Shown: positions 38,781 to 49,032 of the stretch, piece after piece
Layout: every line of letters starts with the position of its first letter
Position numbering within the stretch: the stretch's first letter is position 1
IMG/VR virus record: IMGVR_UViG_3300046524_000185
DNA: 64,000 bases
Strand: one strand, 5' to 3'
DNA from: an uncultured virus (IMG/VR IMGVR_UViG_3300046524_000185)
Taxonomy: Duplodnaviria; Heunggongvirae; Uroviricota; Caudoviricetes
Translations under genes and position numbers: made by a program
The notes under the pieces: model-generated
What the model was told of the DNA's origin: nothing
The model's input: only the letters and a program-made list of their open reading frames with translations
The model's database searches: none

Positions 38781-40276
38781 GCGGCCTCCTTCTTCTTAGC
38801 GGCAGGCTTCTTCACCTGCTTGGATTTCGCCATCTTGGAGCCTTCCGGCGCGAGTGAGCGGCCGAGCGGGTCCGAGTTCGGGGTGACCTCATCAGCGCGG
38901 CTCTCAGCGCCACCCGCGACGGCTTGCATGAAGCCAGTGCCACTCAGCTCCGGAGCACCTTCCGGCGGGAGCCGGTGGTACATCTGCAAATGGTACTCGA
39001 GGTCGCTGATCAGGCCGAGTGAGAGATCGGTCTGCAGACGGGCCTGACGCATCGTGAGCTGAGGCTCGAGCTCGAGCTCCGGACGAAGCTCACCTTTAAC
39101 GAAGGAGACTTCGGCAAACCCCTGGTAGCCACCCTGATGCAACATGAAGGAGAACACGTTGCTCAGGATGGCTGACACAGGCGCATTGAGCTCGTCGGCG
39201 TTCATGGCAGCGATACGCGCTTCCACGGAGCCGGTGTTGACCCCCGAGGCACCGCGACCGATCACAGTAGCCATGGTCTTCAGACCCGCTTGATTCTGTG
39301 CGTTAAGAGTCTCGATCACCTTGCTGATGTCGATCCCGGCGCCTGGGGACTTTTCGTTCATGATACCTGGCGTCACCGAGTCCATGTGGACGAAGGCGGT
39401 GTCAGCCCTGATATCCTGAACAGAGTTGCGGATCTCAGCCAGTCGGGCGTTGATCCATTCTGTCTTCTTGGTCTCGTCCGCCTGGATGTTGACCGGCATG
39501 TTCTTGCGCAGCACTTCTTCGACGACCGTCACCTCGAGGCGCGGATAGCCGGTGTACTGCATGATGCGGTAGAGATCGTTGATCACCTGCTGGCGAGCGG
39601 CGATCGTGTTGATCGTAGAGACGAACGGTGAGTTCGAATAGATCTTGGTCGGGTTCTGGCGGTAGTAGGCGACGAAGAACGTCGCGATGTCCAGATTGAT
39701 GCCGTCCTGCACGCCAGAAACCTTCTGGCGCGGCTTGTATTCCCCAGGCTTCTTTTCGAACCACTCGACGGACGCCAGGTCGACGTTCCGGAGATCCGAG
39801 GGGATCATCTTCTCGTCGTAGATGAGCTCGATCGCCGCGCCACCCCGCATGAGGACCATGTAGCGGATCTCTTCGCACCACTGCTCCAGGGTCATCTTCA
39901 TCTGGAAGCCCTTGGTGTAGTCGGTCGGCCGCGTCATGAACTTGATCTTCTGCATCAGCTCGGCCGTTGCTGCGGCGTCGATCTGATCGTTCATATCCTT
40001 GACGAGGATGACCGGCTGCGTGTTCGCCATGGTGAGATAAGCGTGCAGCGCAGCCGATACATCCGGATCCTGCTCCATAAGGCTGACGATCAGCGTGCGG
40101 GCGTCGTCGGCCGTCCTGGTGGAGAAGATGTCGTTGAGGTGGTCCTGGTAGGTCGGAGCTGTGAGGACGTTCTGGCTCGTCGACGGGCTAAAGGTGCCCG
40201 TGGCTGCGAAGCCACCCTTCTTGACCGCCTTCTTAGGAGCAATGATCGACAGAACGGCTTTGCCCAAAGAGGCCAT
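38777..40276 (-). CDS. Portal protein
   Basis: 499 aa directly after the terminase; DPDVSAAL, GYPRL. Confidence 0.75.
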   Translation of the reverse strand: MASLGKAVLSIIAPKKAVKKGGFAATGTFSPSTSQNVLTAPTYQDHLNDIFSTRTADDARTLIVSLMEQDPDVSAALHAYLTMANTQPVILVKDMNDQIDAAATAELMQKIKFMTRPTDYTKGFQMKMTLEQWCEEIRYMVLMRGGAAIELIYDEKMIPSDLRNVDLASVEWFEKKPGEYKPRQKVSGVQDGINLDIATFFVAYYRQNPTKIYSNSPFVSTINTIAARQQVINDLYRIMQYTGYPRLEVTVVEEVLRKNMPVNIQADETKKTEWINARLAEIRNSVQDIRADTAFVHMDSVTPGIMNEKSPGAGIDISKVIETLNAQNQAGLKTMATVIGRGASGVNTGSVEARIAAMNADELNAPVSAILSNVFSFMLHQGGYQGFAEVSFVKGELRPELELEPQLTMRQARLQTDLSLGLISDLEYHLQMYHRLPPEGAPELSGTGFMQAVAGGAESRADEVTPNSDPLGRSLAPEGSKMAKSKQVKKPAAKKKEAA

Positions 40277-40285
40277 AGAGGTTTC

Positions 40286-42055
40286 CTAGCGTATTCCGAG
40301 AGATGTGGGGGTTCGGACCCCACGCTGCAGCCCCAGTCGTGATGCGTTTTGAACCGGAACGACTACGTTCGAGACGGTGACCTGGGTGCGAGGATCCTCC
40401 TCGCGGTAGTCGATCGCGGTGTTCACGCGGATGGCGTAGAGCAGGTAACCGAGTGAGTGGAAGAAGTGATCATTGCCCGTGAGCTTGGCCCAGCGGGCGG
40501 GGATCTCGTCCTTGGTTTTCTCGTTCAGCTCGTTCTCGATACGCACCATGTCCTGCAGGTGATCGAGGATGATGCGTTCGAGGCGACCGTAGCCGTAGAA
40601 CGAGACCCTCCGCTTGCGGACGGCGCCGGCCACAGCGTCGAGCATGGTCGTGCGGTTGCCAACCAGGTGTGACAGTTGATCGAGCTCGTCCTTGACGAAG
40701 GTGACCGCCGCGGCGCCTGGTTGGCCGGCGTACTGGACAGGGAGGATGCGACCCGCCGACAGGTCACGGATTTCGTTCGCGAGCGGCGTGTATGGATTGC
40801 GGTCCATGCACCCACCCACGACGTTGTATCGGCCGAGGATCGTTTTGACCTCGTCGTAGAGATTGTCCGCGGATACCTGGCGGAAACTAAAGACGACTGG
40901 CTGGGCCTGGCCAATGGTGGCAAGCGTGATGTGGCAGGTGAGACCGGCGTCGATGCCAATCATTACGGGCTCGAGGCTGCTGACGTCGGCGCTGCCCTCC
41001 CCCTTCATGACGGCGCGGATGTCGACTTCGCTCAGGCGAGCGCTGGCGTCGTTGTAGGCTTCGCCCAGCACCGTGTTGTACCAGCGGCGCAGCGCGTCAC
41101 GCTTCTTGTACTTGAGGAGCTGGTCGACGATGTATTCCGGGTTCGCTATGCGGTGAACGCAGAAGGGGCTAACCCTGTAACCGCGAGAGCGGCGCCCAGG
41201 AAAGCGAGGCACCCAAGACCGCAGCGAAGGATCAGAGGTATTAAGACGGCGTCCACAAGCCTCACATCGAACGTAGCCGGCTCTAAGGTCCAGCTTGTCA
41301 GCAAGTTCCGAGTCGATTTCTGAGAGATCGTTGATGTCACTGGAGAGCCCCGGGATGTGGATGAATTTCGGGTTGAACTGCGGGATGTTGTAGTGGTTGC
41401 ACCCTTCGCACTTGAGGACGTACTCGTGCTGGTCGGATGTCTGAAACCCCGCGTGGACCCCATATCCTTCGAACGTGGGGGTCGAGAAGCTTTGTGTGAT
41501 CTTGTAGTCAGAGCCCTGGAGACGTGACTGGTAGAGAGCCAGCATTTCCTGATCTGCGAGATCGATTTCGTCCTGGAAAAGCGCGTCGGCGTTGATCGAA
41601 GTGGCATCCGATTCCTTGCCCCCGGTGAAGAATCCGAATGACTGGTTGATCTGATAGAGGCCGACTGAGCGCACGGGCTTGTCGACAGATGCCATGTTGA
41701 AGACTGGCTCGTCGTTGATCAGAGGGCCGAAACGTGTCTGAGACACGCGCTTGAACATCACGTCGGTCGGCAGAGAGAAGATCGCGTTGACGGCAGTGGT
41801 TCGGGCCAGGAAACCCGCGAACTTGCGGAGCTGAACTTCGGTCAGGCCGATCTGAGAGCATTTGATCGTCCAGAGGTCCGGATGCATGTCGTCGACGATC
41901 TGCTGCTGGAACTCATAGCCAGCGAAACTGAACTGCTTCTTTCTCAGATGGGTGTTCTTGATGATCCATTCGGACATCGACATATTGATCGAATCTTCCG
42001 CAAATCGCTGGCGCAGTTGGGCTCGGAAGTCGGACAAATAGTCATTGCGATACAT
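40286..42055 (-). CDS. Terminase large subunit (gpA-like)
   Basis: Q motif FQQQI, KCSQIGLTE Walker A, QDEID Walker B, STPT, Cys pairs, GID nuclease, DHFFH. Confidence 0.9.
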   Translation of the reverse strand: MYRNDYLSDFRAQLRQRFAEDSINMSMSEWIIKNTHLRKKQFSFAGYEFQQQIVDDMHPDLWTIKCSQIGLTEVQLRKFAGFLARTTAVNAIFSLPTDVMFKRVSQTRFGPLINDEPVFNMASVDKPVRSVGLYQINQSFGFFTGGKESDATSINADALFQDEIDLADQEMLALYQSRLQGSDYKITQSFSTPTFEGYGVHAGFQTSDQHEYVLKCEGCNHYNIPQFNPKFIHIPGLSSDINDLSEIDSELADKLDLRAGYVRCEACGRRLNTSDPSLRSWVPRFPGRRSRGYRVSPFCVHRIANPEYIVDQLLKYKKRDALRRWYNTVLGEAYNDASARLSEVDIRAVMKGEGSADVSSLEPVMIGIDAGLTCHITLATIGQAQPVVFSFRQVSADNLYDEVKTILGRYNVVGGCMDRNPYTPLANEIRDLSAGRILPVQYAGQPGAAAVTFVKDELDQLSHLVGNRTTMLDAVAGAVRKRRVSFYGYGRLERIILDHLQDMVRIENELNEKTKDEIPARWAKLTGNDHFFHSLGYLLYAIRVNTAIDYREEDPRTQVTVSNVVVPVQNASRLGLQRGVRTPTSLGIR

Positions 42056-42065
42056 GTGTTTGGCT

Positions 42066-42093
42066 ATATGGGTAGCCGAGAGTTCATTTGCAA
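42066..42093 (-). promoter_or_regulatory. Putative late promoter TTGCAA-N16-CCATAT
   Basis: Just upstream of the terminase ATG; same spacing as four other sites. Confidence 0.55.
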
Positions 42094-42229
42094 TTAGTGC
42101 GAGACATTCCCAGAAATGGAAGTCGAGAGATATTGCGTAATCTGCTTGAGTTCTTGGAACTGATGCACGGCTCGTGTAGCCAAACCTCCTCCGGTTTTCT
42201 ACCTAAGCTCCAACAGACATGGAGCCCAA

Positions 42230-42706
42230 ATGAACCCGAAATATTTTCCGAACATCAGCGAGGACCAAATCCTCCTCGTAAATCGAGTGTTGCGGAGCAT
42301 CAGCGAGAACCCTGAATATCTCTCCGACGCTCAGTGCCCCTACCCTCCGCTCGTCAAGGACTTCTTCCTGAAGCAGGCTCGAGCCTCCCAGGGTGGAGTG
42401 GCTGAGGATCTCTTCGAAGGCGACCAAGTGGTGGCGATCGAGAAGCAGATCCAGAAGCTGATCAACGATCTCGAGGACTACGGGCAGAAGCTCGGCGCCG
42501 ACGATAACTCTGAGAAGCTGCAGTATTTCAAGACGAAAAACTCCCTCCTCGAGAAGCTCCTGAACAACCTGGAGCGGGCCGCAAACCTCAAGCAGATCAA
42601 TGAGTTCAGGTCCACAGTCATCCAGTTCATGGATGAAATCCTCACCAAAGATCAGATCACCGATTTCATGAAGCGTATCGACGGAGTGCTCACCAATGGC
42701 CGATAA
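42230..42706 (+). CDS. Hypothetical coiled-coil protein
   Basis: 158 aa with GGAG SD; overlaps the primase start; divergent from the terminase. Confidence 0.7.
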   Translation: MNPKYFPNISEDQILLVNRVLRSISENPEYLSDAQCPYPPLVKDFFLKQARASQGGVAEDLFEGDQVVAIEKQIQKLINDLEDYGQKLGADDNSEKLQYFKTKNSLLEKLLNNLERAANLKQINEFRSTVIQFMDEILTKDQITDFMKRIDGVLTNGR

Positions 42707-45104
42707 GATTTTCGAAACCCACGCCCCACTCTACTGGGCCGCTGGCTTGCCAGCCATTCCCCTCGTCTTCGAGAACAAGCGCCCCGCCATCCCACGCTGG
42801 CAGATGTACTCCGACGCCTTCCCGACGAAGGAAGATCAGGCTGCATGGTTGCATGCCTTCGCAGCTGGCAACATCGGTCTGCCAATGGGTCCAGCTGCTG
42901 GCCTCGTCGCGATCGACGTCGACTCCGAGGATCCGGTAGTCCTCCAGGTTCTTGATCGCGTCCTGCCGCCGTCTCCGTGGCACCGCGTTGGTCGTAAGGG
43001 TCGGGTCCAGATCTATCGCTGGTCGGGCGAGCGTACCGCTCGTATCAAGGCCGAAGACGGCTCGATGATCTGCGAAATCCTGTCCAAGGGCACGCAGTTC
43101 GTTCTCCCGCCGTCGATCCACCCGGATACCAAGCAGCCCTACACGGCTGACGGCAATCTCTGGGAGATCGCGAAGAACGCTCCTCCCCTGCCCCTCAATT
43201 TCGAGAAGGTGCTGAAGAGCGCCCTGCAGGAAGCTGGGATCAAGGTCTCCACCGGTGGTGGCAACAAGACCGTCAACTTCGTACCGGCCGGTGCTCGCGA
43301 TGCCACCATGGTGTGGCATGCCGGTCTGCTGGCTCGAGCCGTGCTCCGCGGCGAGCGTTCGCTCCTCCAGGTGATGGGTGAGATGGCTGCGTGGGTCGAG
43401 AACTATGTCGAGAAGGTGGTCGGGGATCCGCTCACGATCGACAAGGCCCAAGGGAAGGTCGTCGAGTTCCTCGTTCGCGATGTGACCGGCGAGGCTCGCA
43501 AGGCCCTGCCGCTTGGTTGGGATGAGGGTCTGACGGAAGAGGATCTTGTCAAGCTCGGCCTGACCTTCACGGACGACGACAAGAGCTGGTCGCCGCAGAA
43601 GATCATGGATTATGTCTCTCTGGAGTTCGAGCGTCATATGGACGTCCGCTCCGAAGGCCGCAGCAATGCGATCTCGGTCGCCCTGGACCGAATTGTACGG
43701 ACCAACCCGCCGTTGAGCCCGATCGACGAGGCAATCCTCCTCAAGTTCATCGTCAACCATGCGAACAACGGTCTGTCCGTACCAGACCTGAAGCGTCAGC
43801 TGCAGACCCTTCGCCGTGGTGAAATCCTCGGTGAGACGCACGCCGAGCTCGCGGATGCCTGCCTGGGCTTCCTCCGCAAGTACGGTGACGTCCGCTACGA
43901 CGCCAGCCACTTCTGGCAGTGGCGCGGTGCTGCCTGGGTGAAGTGCCAGGAGCAGGAGCTGCTGAAGATCATCGCGGAAAACTATGGTTCATATCCGGCC
44001 GGCAAGCGCCAGAGCGACCACAACGGTGTGCTCAAGGTCATGAAGGCCATCGCTTCGGAGCCGCTTCGCAATTCGTACGTCAAGGGTGTCAACTTCGCCA
44101 ACGGCTACCTGACCGAGAACCTCGAGCTCGTTCCGCACGCTCCGGAATACGGCATGACCTACACCCTGCCCTACCGGTACACACCCGAGAAGGCCGGTCA
44201 CATGCCGATGTTCGACCAGTTCCTCAATGATAGCTGGGCGACGGACGCGGATTACGGTGACAAGCTGCTGGCTCTGCAGGAGATGCTCGGTGTTTCGCTC
44301 ATGGGCATGGCGCCACGTTTTCAGATGGCGTTCCTCCTGTTCGGTCAGGCGGGTGCTGGCAAGTCCGTGCTCCAGGCCATCATGCGGGGTTTGATGCCGT
44401 TTGGTTCCTCGTCGGCCATTGTGCCGTCTGACTGGTCCGACCGGTTCCTGCCGGCCGAGATGTTCGGCAAGGTCGTCAACTTCGCAGGCGAGTTGTCGGA
44501 AACGCGGCCGATTCCTGGCGACATCTTCAAGAAGGTGGTGTCGGGCGAAGAGATGCAGGTTCAGTTCAAGAACCAAAACCCCTTCGTTTTCATCCCGGAA
44601 TGCGCTCACTGGTTCAACTCGAACCACCTGCCGAAGACGAGGGACAGCTCCGAGGGCTTCAATCGTCGCTGGTTGATCCTCGAGTTCAACAACCGGATCA
44701 GCCCCGACAAGCGGGTCATCGATCTGGATGCTCAGATCCTCGAGCACGAGCGCGAAGCGATCGTTGCCTGGGCGATCCAGGGCTACAAGCGCCTGGTCGA
44801 TGCTGGAAACTTCACTCTTCCGACCTCGCACCTGGCTCTCGTTGATCAGATGGCGGCGGACAACAACTCGGTTCGTCACTTCCTTTCGTCGACGGGCACG
44901 GGTCTGAAGTGGGGCGCTCAGCACGAGTTCTCGCTGGCCGAGATGCACACCCAGTATTGGCAGTTCTGCATCGCGACTGGCAACTCAACTCGGGTGAACA
45001 TCACGAAATTCACGAAGCTGATGAAGGAGCTGTCGGGCACGTTCCCGTTCGACATCGACATCCGCGGCAAGAACGAAATTTACTACATAGGAGTTGGAAT
45101 CTGA
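42696..45104 (+). CDS. Prim-Pol primase fused to D5/P4-like SF3 helicase
   Basis: NIGL..G..LVAIDVD and VLPPSIHPDT (Prim-Pol); NFANG (D5_N); GQAGAGKS Walker A; SNHLP, RRW. Confidence 0.9.
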   Translation: MADKIFETHAPLYWAAGLPAIPLVFENKRPAIPRWQMYSDAFPTKEDQAAWLHAFAAGNIGLPMGPAAGLVAIDVDSEDPVVLQVLDRVLPPSPWHRVGRKGRVQIYRWSGERTARIKAEDGSMICEILSKGTQFVLPPSIHPDTKQPYTADGNLWEIAKNAPPLPLNFEKVLKSALQEAGIKVSTGGGNKTVNFVPAGARDATMVWHAGLLARAVLRGERSLLQVMGEMAAWVENYVEKVVGDPLTIDKAQGKVVEFLVRDVTGEARKALPLGWDEGLTEEDLVKLGLTFTDDDKSWSPQKIMDYVSLEFERHMDVRSEGRSNAISVALDRIVRTNPPLSPIDEAILLKFIVNHANNGLSVPDLKRQLQTLRRGEILGETHAELADACLGFLRKYGDVRYDASHFWQWRGAAWVKCQEQELLKIIAENYGSYPAGKRQSDHNGVLKVMKAIASEPLRNSYVKGVNFANGYLTENLELVPHAPEYGMTYTLPYRYTPEKAGHMPMFDQFLNDSWATDADYGDKLLALQEMLGVSLMGMAPRFQMAFLLFGQAGAGKSVLQAIMRGLMPFGSSSAIVPSDWSDRFLPAEMFGKVVNFAGELSETRPIPGDIFKKVVSGEEMQVQFKNQNPFVFIPECAHWFNSNHLPKTRDSSEGFNRRWLILEFNNRISPDKRVIDLDAQILEHEREAIVAWAIQGYKRLVDAGNFTLPTSHLALVDQMAADNNSVRHFLSSTGTGLKWGAQHEFSLAEMHTQYWQFCIATGNSTRVNITKFTKLMKELSGTFPFDIDIRGKNEIYYIGVGI

Positions 45105-45232
45105 TGACTGGACTTGGAAACCTTCTGTATTTTCTTCTGATCTGGGCCGCTATTGGTGCGATCTTGAGCCTCGGAGGTGGAATTTGGCTGATTTATTGGC
45201 TTCTGACCCACGTTTCGATGACGATCTCGTAG
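45104..45232 (+). CDS. Small membrane protein
   Basis: 42-aa hydrophobic ORF, TGATG-coupled to the primase gene. Confidence 0.5.
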   Translation: MTGLGNLLYFLLIWAAIGAILSLGGGIWLIYWLLTHVSMTIS

Positions 45233-45335
45233 TCGTCAGGGTCAAAAATCGACGTCCTCCAGGGCGGTTCCGACCCTCAAGCGACGGAAAAACATAGGGT
45301 TTTGGGCCTGGTTCTGGCTCAAAATCGGGTAAAAT

Positions 45336-45358
45336 GGGCGCCTTCGGGCGCCCTTTTT
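45336..45358 (+). terminator. Intrinsic terminator
   Basis: GGGCGCC-TTCG-GGCGCCC-TTTTT. Confidence 0.8.
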
Positions 45359-45364
45359 CGTGTT

Positions 45365-45381
45365 TGAGTTCTCAGAACTCA
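45365..45381. promoter_or_regulatory. Palindrome TGAGTTCTCAGAACTCA, putative operator
   Basis: 17-bp palindrome with recurrent core. Confidence 0.55.
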
Positions 45382-45724
45382 CGCGATTCTGGTCTGGATT
45401 CTGGTCCGCGGCTGGAAGTAGGAGTCCGGTCATCGAAACCGACCCGGAGCCATATGATAGCAGTCAGAAAAACGAAAAACTTCCCAGAGTTTCTCTGACC
45501 CTATTAGGGCCGAATAGTGTAATAAAATCAGATAATTACGTGGTACCCTTATGTGGTACTTCATGTAGTGACCCATTAGATTGATGACAGTTGATCGACA
45601 GATCGACGAGGCAAGTGGCCTTCGGGCCACGGGCTTGGGGCGGAGCTGTGTCTCCACTCCAAGTCTCCCCCACGGGGGAAGGTTCAACACTCTCCCCTGC
45701 GGGGGAACGGAAGGGAAAACGGAA

Positions 45725-46474
45725 ATGGCAACGGATACGGCAATCGAGACTGTCGCAACTGCAAAGGCCGCTGGTTATCAGGCAGCTACGGTTGCCGCTC
45801 GCATCGCGGATATGGATCTCGATGCAGCGGGCAACGCTGAGAAGGCAGCATGGAAGCGTTATCTGACGCTCGCCTTGCTCGCCATGGCCAAGAACGTCGA
45901 TAAGAAGAAGCTTATCGAAGCGGTCTTCGGCAGGGGCGGCAAGCCTTCGAAGAACTTCCAGAACATGTGGTCGATTGCGGCGAACGCCCGCAACACGGTC
46001 CTTGGCAATCGCGACTGGGATGACATCCGGTCCATGGCCATCGACGACGCAGTGTCGAACGTGATCCTTTCCATCAACGCCCACATGTCGCAACTGGGGG
46101 TCTCGGGCAAGAACGACTATGCGTCGGTCTGCAACCTGTCGGTCTCCGAAGCGGCCCGCTTCTTTGAGCAAAAGGCAGCGGATAAGGCAGCGGCCGATGC
46201 TGCTGCGGCAGCGGAGAAGGCCGAGAAGGCCGAGACCGACAAGACGGCCGAGACTGAGGCGCAAGCCACAGCGACGGCAACGCCCGAACGCACTGCCGCT
46301 GAGGCAGCGATCGGCGCCCTTGCTGAGGCAGGGCAGGATGACTTGATGCAGGTCGCGGCCTTCATCGTCTCCAAGATCGAGGTCGAGAACATGATCCTGA
46401 TGCGGGATGCATTGGAGAACATGATCGCCAATGCGGCCCGCACGATCAACGGCCCAGCCGCCAACGCGGCCTAA
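45725..46474 (+). CDS. Ala-rich hypothetical early protein
   Basis: Start MATDTAIE; flanked by hairpin-rich intergenic regions. Confidence 0.7.
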   Translation: MATDTAIETVATAKAAGYQAATVAARIADMDLDAAGNAEKAAWKRYLTLALLAMAKNVDKKKLIEAVFGRGGKPSKNFQNMWSIAANARNTVLGNRDWDDIRSMAIDDAVSNVILSINAHMSQLGVSGKNDYASVCNLSVSEAARFFEQKAADKAAADAAAAAEKAEKAETDKTAETEAQATATATPERTAAEAAIGALAEAGQDDLMQVAAFIVSKIEVENMILMRDALENMIANAARTINGPAANAA

Positions 46475-47023
46475 GCCTCCCGGCTCCCCCACGGGGGAGC
46501 CTCCACCCCCACGGAAGCGCGGCTCACACCCGAACCGCGCCTACACCTACAACCATGCGTCGCATATCGACGCGAGAGCCAAAACCTAAAAGCGCACAGG
46601 AAGGCGTTTGGAAATGATCCGTGAAACGACGAACCCAAAGTACCACCAGCCCGCTCAACATTCGGGTCGGGTCCGGATGCTGCCTGACCGGCCAGCAGCT
46701 CAGATCTATGATGGCGACTTCGTGAGCGCCGGATCGCGGTCCATGTCCAAGGGCCAGCCTCAAGAACCATTTCGCGATCGACTGCCTCATGAGGCTCCGA
46801 GCCGCGAACCTGAGCCGCGGGACAGGCCGCTCGGGTCGAGCATGTGGATCGTGGATCAGGCTCCCGATGCACCGCTCTGGCTCATTCGTGATCGAACCAC
46901 ACACGAGATTTTTGCTCGGGTTCGCGGCTCACTGCCGTGGATCGTGGACCAGATGAAGCTGCTCGCCGACCAGCTCGGCGGTCAGGTTTCAGAATTATAC
47001 TACCAAAGGGCGAGGGACATCTG

Positions 47024-47245
47024 ATGTTTTTGAATACATACCAGCATGGGTACCAGGATGCCATTCGCGGCAATGGCCCATTCTATTTAGAACCGAGTGA
47101 CGGGTACCAGCAGGGTTATGATGCTGGTACTCGCTACCGTGCGACCGATCGCATGATGCAGCTCATCGCTCTCGGTGCGCTGGCCATCACCATGGGTGGC
47201 GTGCTCACCACGTGGATCGCCCAGGGCGTGGCGGTGGCTGTATGA
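47024..47245 (+). CDS. Hypothetical protein with C-terminal TM
   Basis: YQHGYQD/YQQGYDAG repeats; coupled start and stop. Confidence 0.5.
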   Translation: MFLNTYQHGYQDAIRGNGPFYLEPSDGYQQGYDAGTRYRATDRMMQLIALGALAITMGGVLTTWIAQGVAVAV

Positions 47246-47442
47246 CAGAGTTCTGGTATCTGGACTCTGAGGGCCGGATGCTCGGCTCATTGCAGGCATT
47301 CTCGTTTCGCGATGCCCATGCATGGCTCAGCCTGCAGGGCATTGCCTACGACAAGGTAACGAAATTCAAGCCTCGGGTCCGCAAGGGCCGCGAGCGTCGG
47401 ATCGAAAAGCGTACTCGTCGGTACGGGGAGCTGGCACTGTGA
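47242..47442 (+). CDS. Hypothetical protein
   Basis: ATGA-coupled 66-aa ORF. Confidence 0.5.
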   Translation: MTEFWYLDSEGRMLGSLQAFSFRDAHAWLSLQGIAYDKVTKFKPRVRKGRERRIEKRTRRYGELAL

Positions 47443-47609
47443 AACTATACGCAATTGTGAGGGATGGCTTTCCGGCTGGTCTTAGAACCAGCCGCGAGCT
47501 ATCGGACCTGAACCGGAGCCGCGAGGTTGCGGTGGAGATCCGGGGGCTGGATCGGGATCGCGGATTGTTGGTGTTGGACCAGGCTCTGGTTCGGGTCCGC
47601 AGTTGACCA

Positions 47610-47900
47610 GTCGGTGGTGGAGGTGTGAGTTCTAAGAACTCAGGTAAGCTCAGATGTTAGAGTTGGTCCCCTATTATATATCTCTTCTTTTTCTTTCTAC
47701 TTTACTCCAGGGAAAAAAGAATAAGTTCTAAGAACTAAAGAGAGACTAGGGAAACTGGTTGCCCTCAAAAACGGGGCCGTTCAAACCACCCCTGTGGTCA
47801 AATTCGCCCTGCGGCGAGCGCTGGCACCTCCATGGTGCATTCCCTTCGACACCCTCACAAAACGCGCTGGTGACTCGCTGTGAGTCAACCAGCACGCATC
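47610..47900. other. Candidate lytic replication origin (AT-rich core, two palindromes, hairpin cluster)
   Basis: AT-rich tract 47672-47745; AGTTCTAAGAACT at 47628 and 47724; apparent switch from G/T-rich to C/A-rich + strand. Confidence 0.45.
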
Positions 47901-48237
47901 TGGACCTGATCCAGATCCGCGAACCAGAACCTCGGAGAAAACCATGACTTGGAAAGCCTTCGCCCTGAGCGACGGTTATTGGTGGACCTGTATCCAGATC
48001 CGCGATCGATGGACCCCGATCTATCGAGCCGGAAAGGTAGGTCACTGTGTCCGCTTCTAACCAGATCCTGAACCGGATCCACGAACTCCAACCATCGCTC
48101 GGGATGCACCGCGCCAAGGAGATCGCGATTGCCGAGAACCTGCTCTTCCGAGCCCAGACCGCAACCACGATCCAAGATCTGAAGTGGATCCTGTGCCAGA
48201 TCCTCGAACCCGCAACCAAGATTGGACCATTCGACTG

Positions 48238-48654
48238 ATGAAGATCAAATCCGATTTCGCCATCCTCGACGTGAAGGATGGCCGCGACGACCTCGCATTC
48301 CACTTCGCACCGCGACCCCGAATGGGGCCGTGCCCCGAGAGCATGCGGATCCCAATCACGATCGTCGGGTACATCGACGGGATCAACAGCAAGGACGACG
48401 GCATCAGCCGAGAGTTCACGGTCGTGGTGGAACACGTCAACCCAGTGGGCTGGCAACCAATGGAAACCGCCCCTCTGGACGGTAAGCACTGCATCCTCGC
48501 GATCAAGTGCAGTGCATTCGTCTACGCAATTCAGGGTGCCTTCATGAAGGGCAAGTGGATGAACGCGGCGGATATTCAGTCAGAACCTCTGTGCTGGATG
48601 CCCAACATCATGATCCCTGATGAGTTCCTACCATGGATGAAAGCGGCGAGCTGA
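48238..48654 (+). CDS. Hypothetical protein with DUF551-like C-terminus
   Basis: WQPMETAPLDG ... P..WMP. Confidence 0.6.
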   Translation: MKIKSDFAILDVKDGRDDLAFHFAPRPRMGPCPESMRIPITIVGYIDGINSKDDGISREFTVVVEHVNPVGWQPMETAPLDGKHCILAIKCSAFVYAIQGAFMKGKWMNAADIQSEPLCWMPNIMIPDEFLPWMKAAS

Positions 48655-48965
48655 TGGCCTACGGTGACTACGACGGACCCAACAAACCGAACAAGGGCCA
48701 CGAAGGCGGCGCTTGCAACCGGACTCGCTGCCAGTGCGAACCGGCCAACTGGTGGAACCACGGTTCCTACTCTTGGTACTGTGACGACTGCCGTGAGCAG
48801 ATCGAGTTCGACCTGTTAAACAGCGTAGCTTGGCAGCGGAATTTCTTCCCTCGCCTCGGTCACCCGATGTTCGAGACCCGCGAGATGATGAATTCTAGGG
48901 ACAGCACATCCCCTAGACACGTAGAGCAGCCACGAAAGTGCTGCGCCGCTGCCCGCCGGGACTAA
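48654..48965 (+). CDS. Cys-rich hypothetical protein
   Basis: KG..GG.CNRT.CQ...YC..C; TGATG coupling. Confidence 0.55.
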   Translation: MAYGDYDGPNKPNKGHEGGACNRTRCQCEPANWWNHGSYSWYCDDCREQIEFDLLNSVAWQRNFFPRLGHPMFETREMMNSRDSTSPRHVEQPRKCCAAARRD

Positions 48966-49032
48966 TAGTCGGGCACCCCCAGGAAGATCCTGAGCAAGAT
49001 CTAAAACTGCTCCCTCCAACCACAATCAAAGG

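Noticed and set aside
42230..42706. Terminase small subunit
   Set aside because: Opposite strand to the large subunit, coupled to primase, and no recognisable motif; left as hypothetical.
45400..45600. cos site or hairpin-telomere (tel) site
   Set aside because: AT-rich, but no long perfect palindrome and no protelomerase in the window; genome ends cannot be located from this sequence alone.
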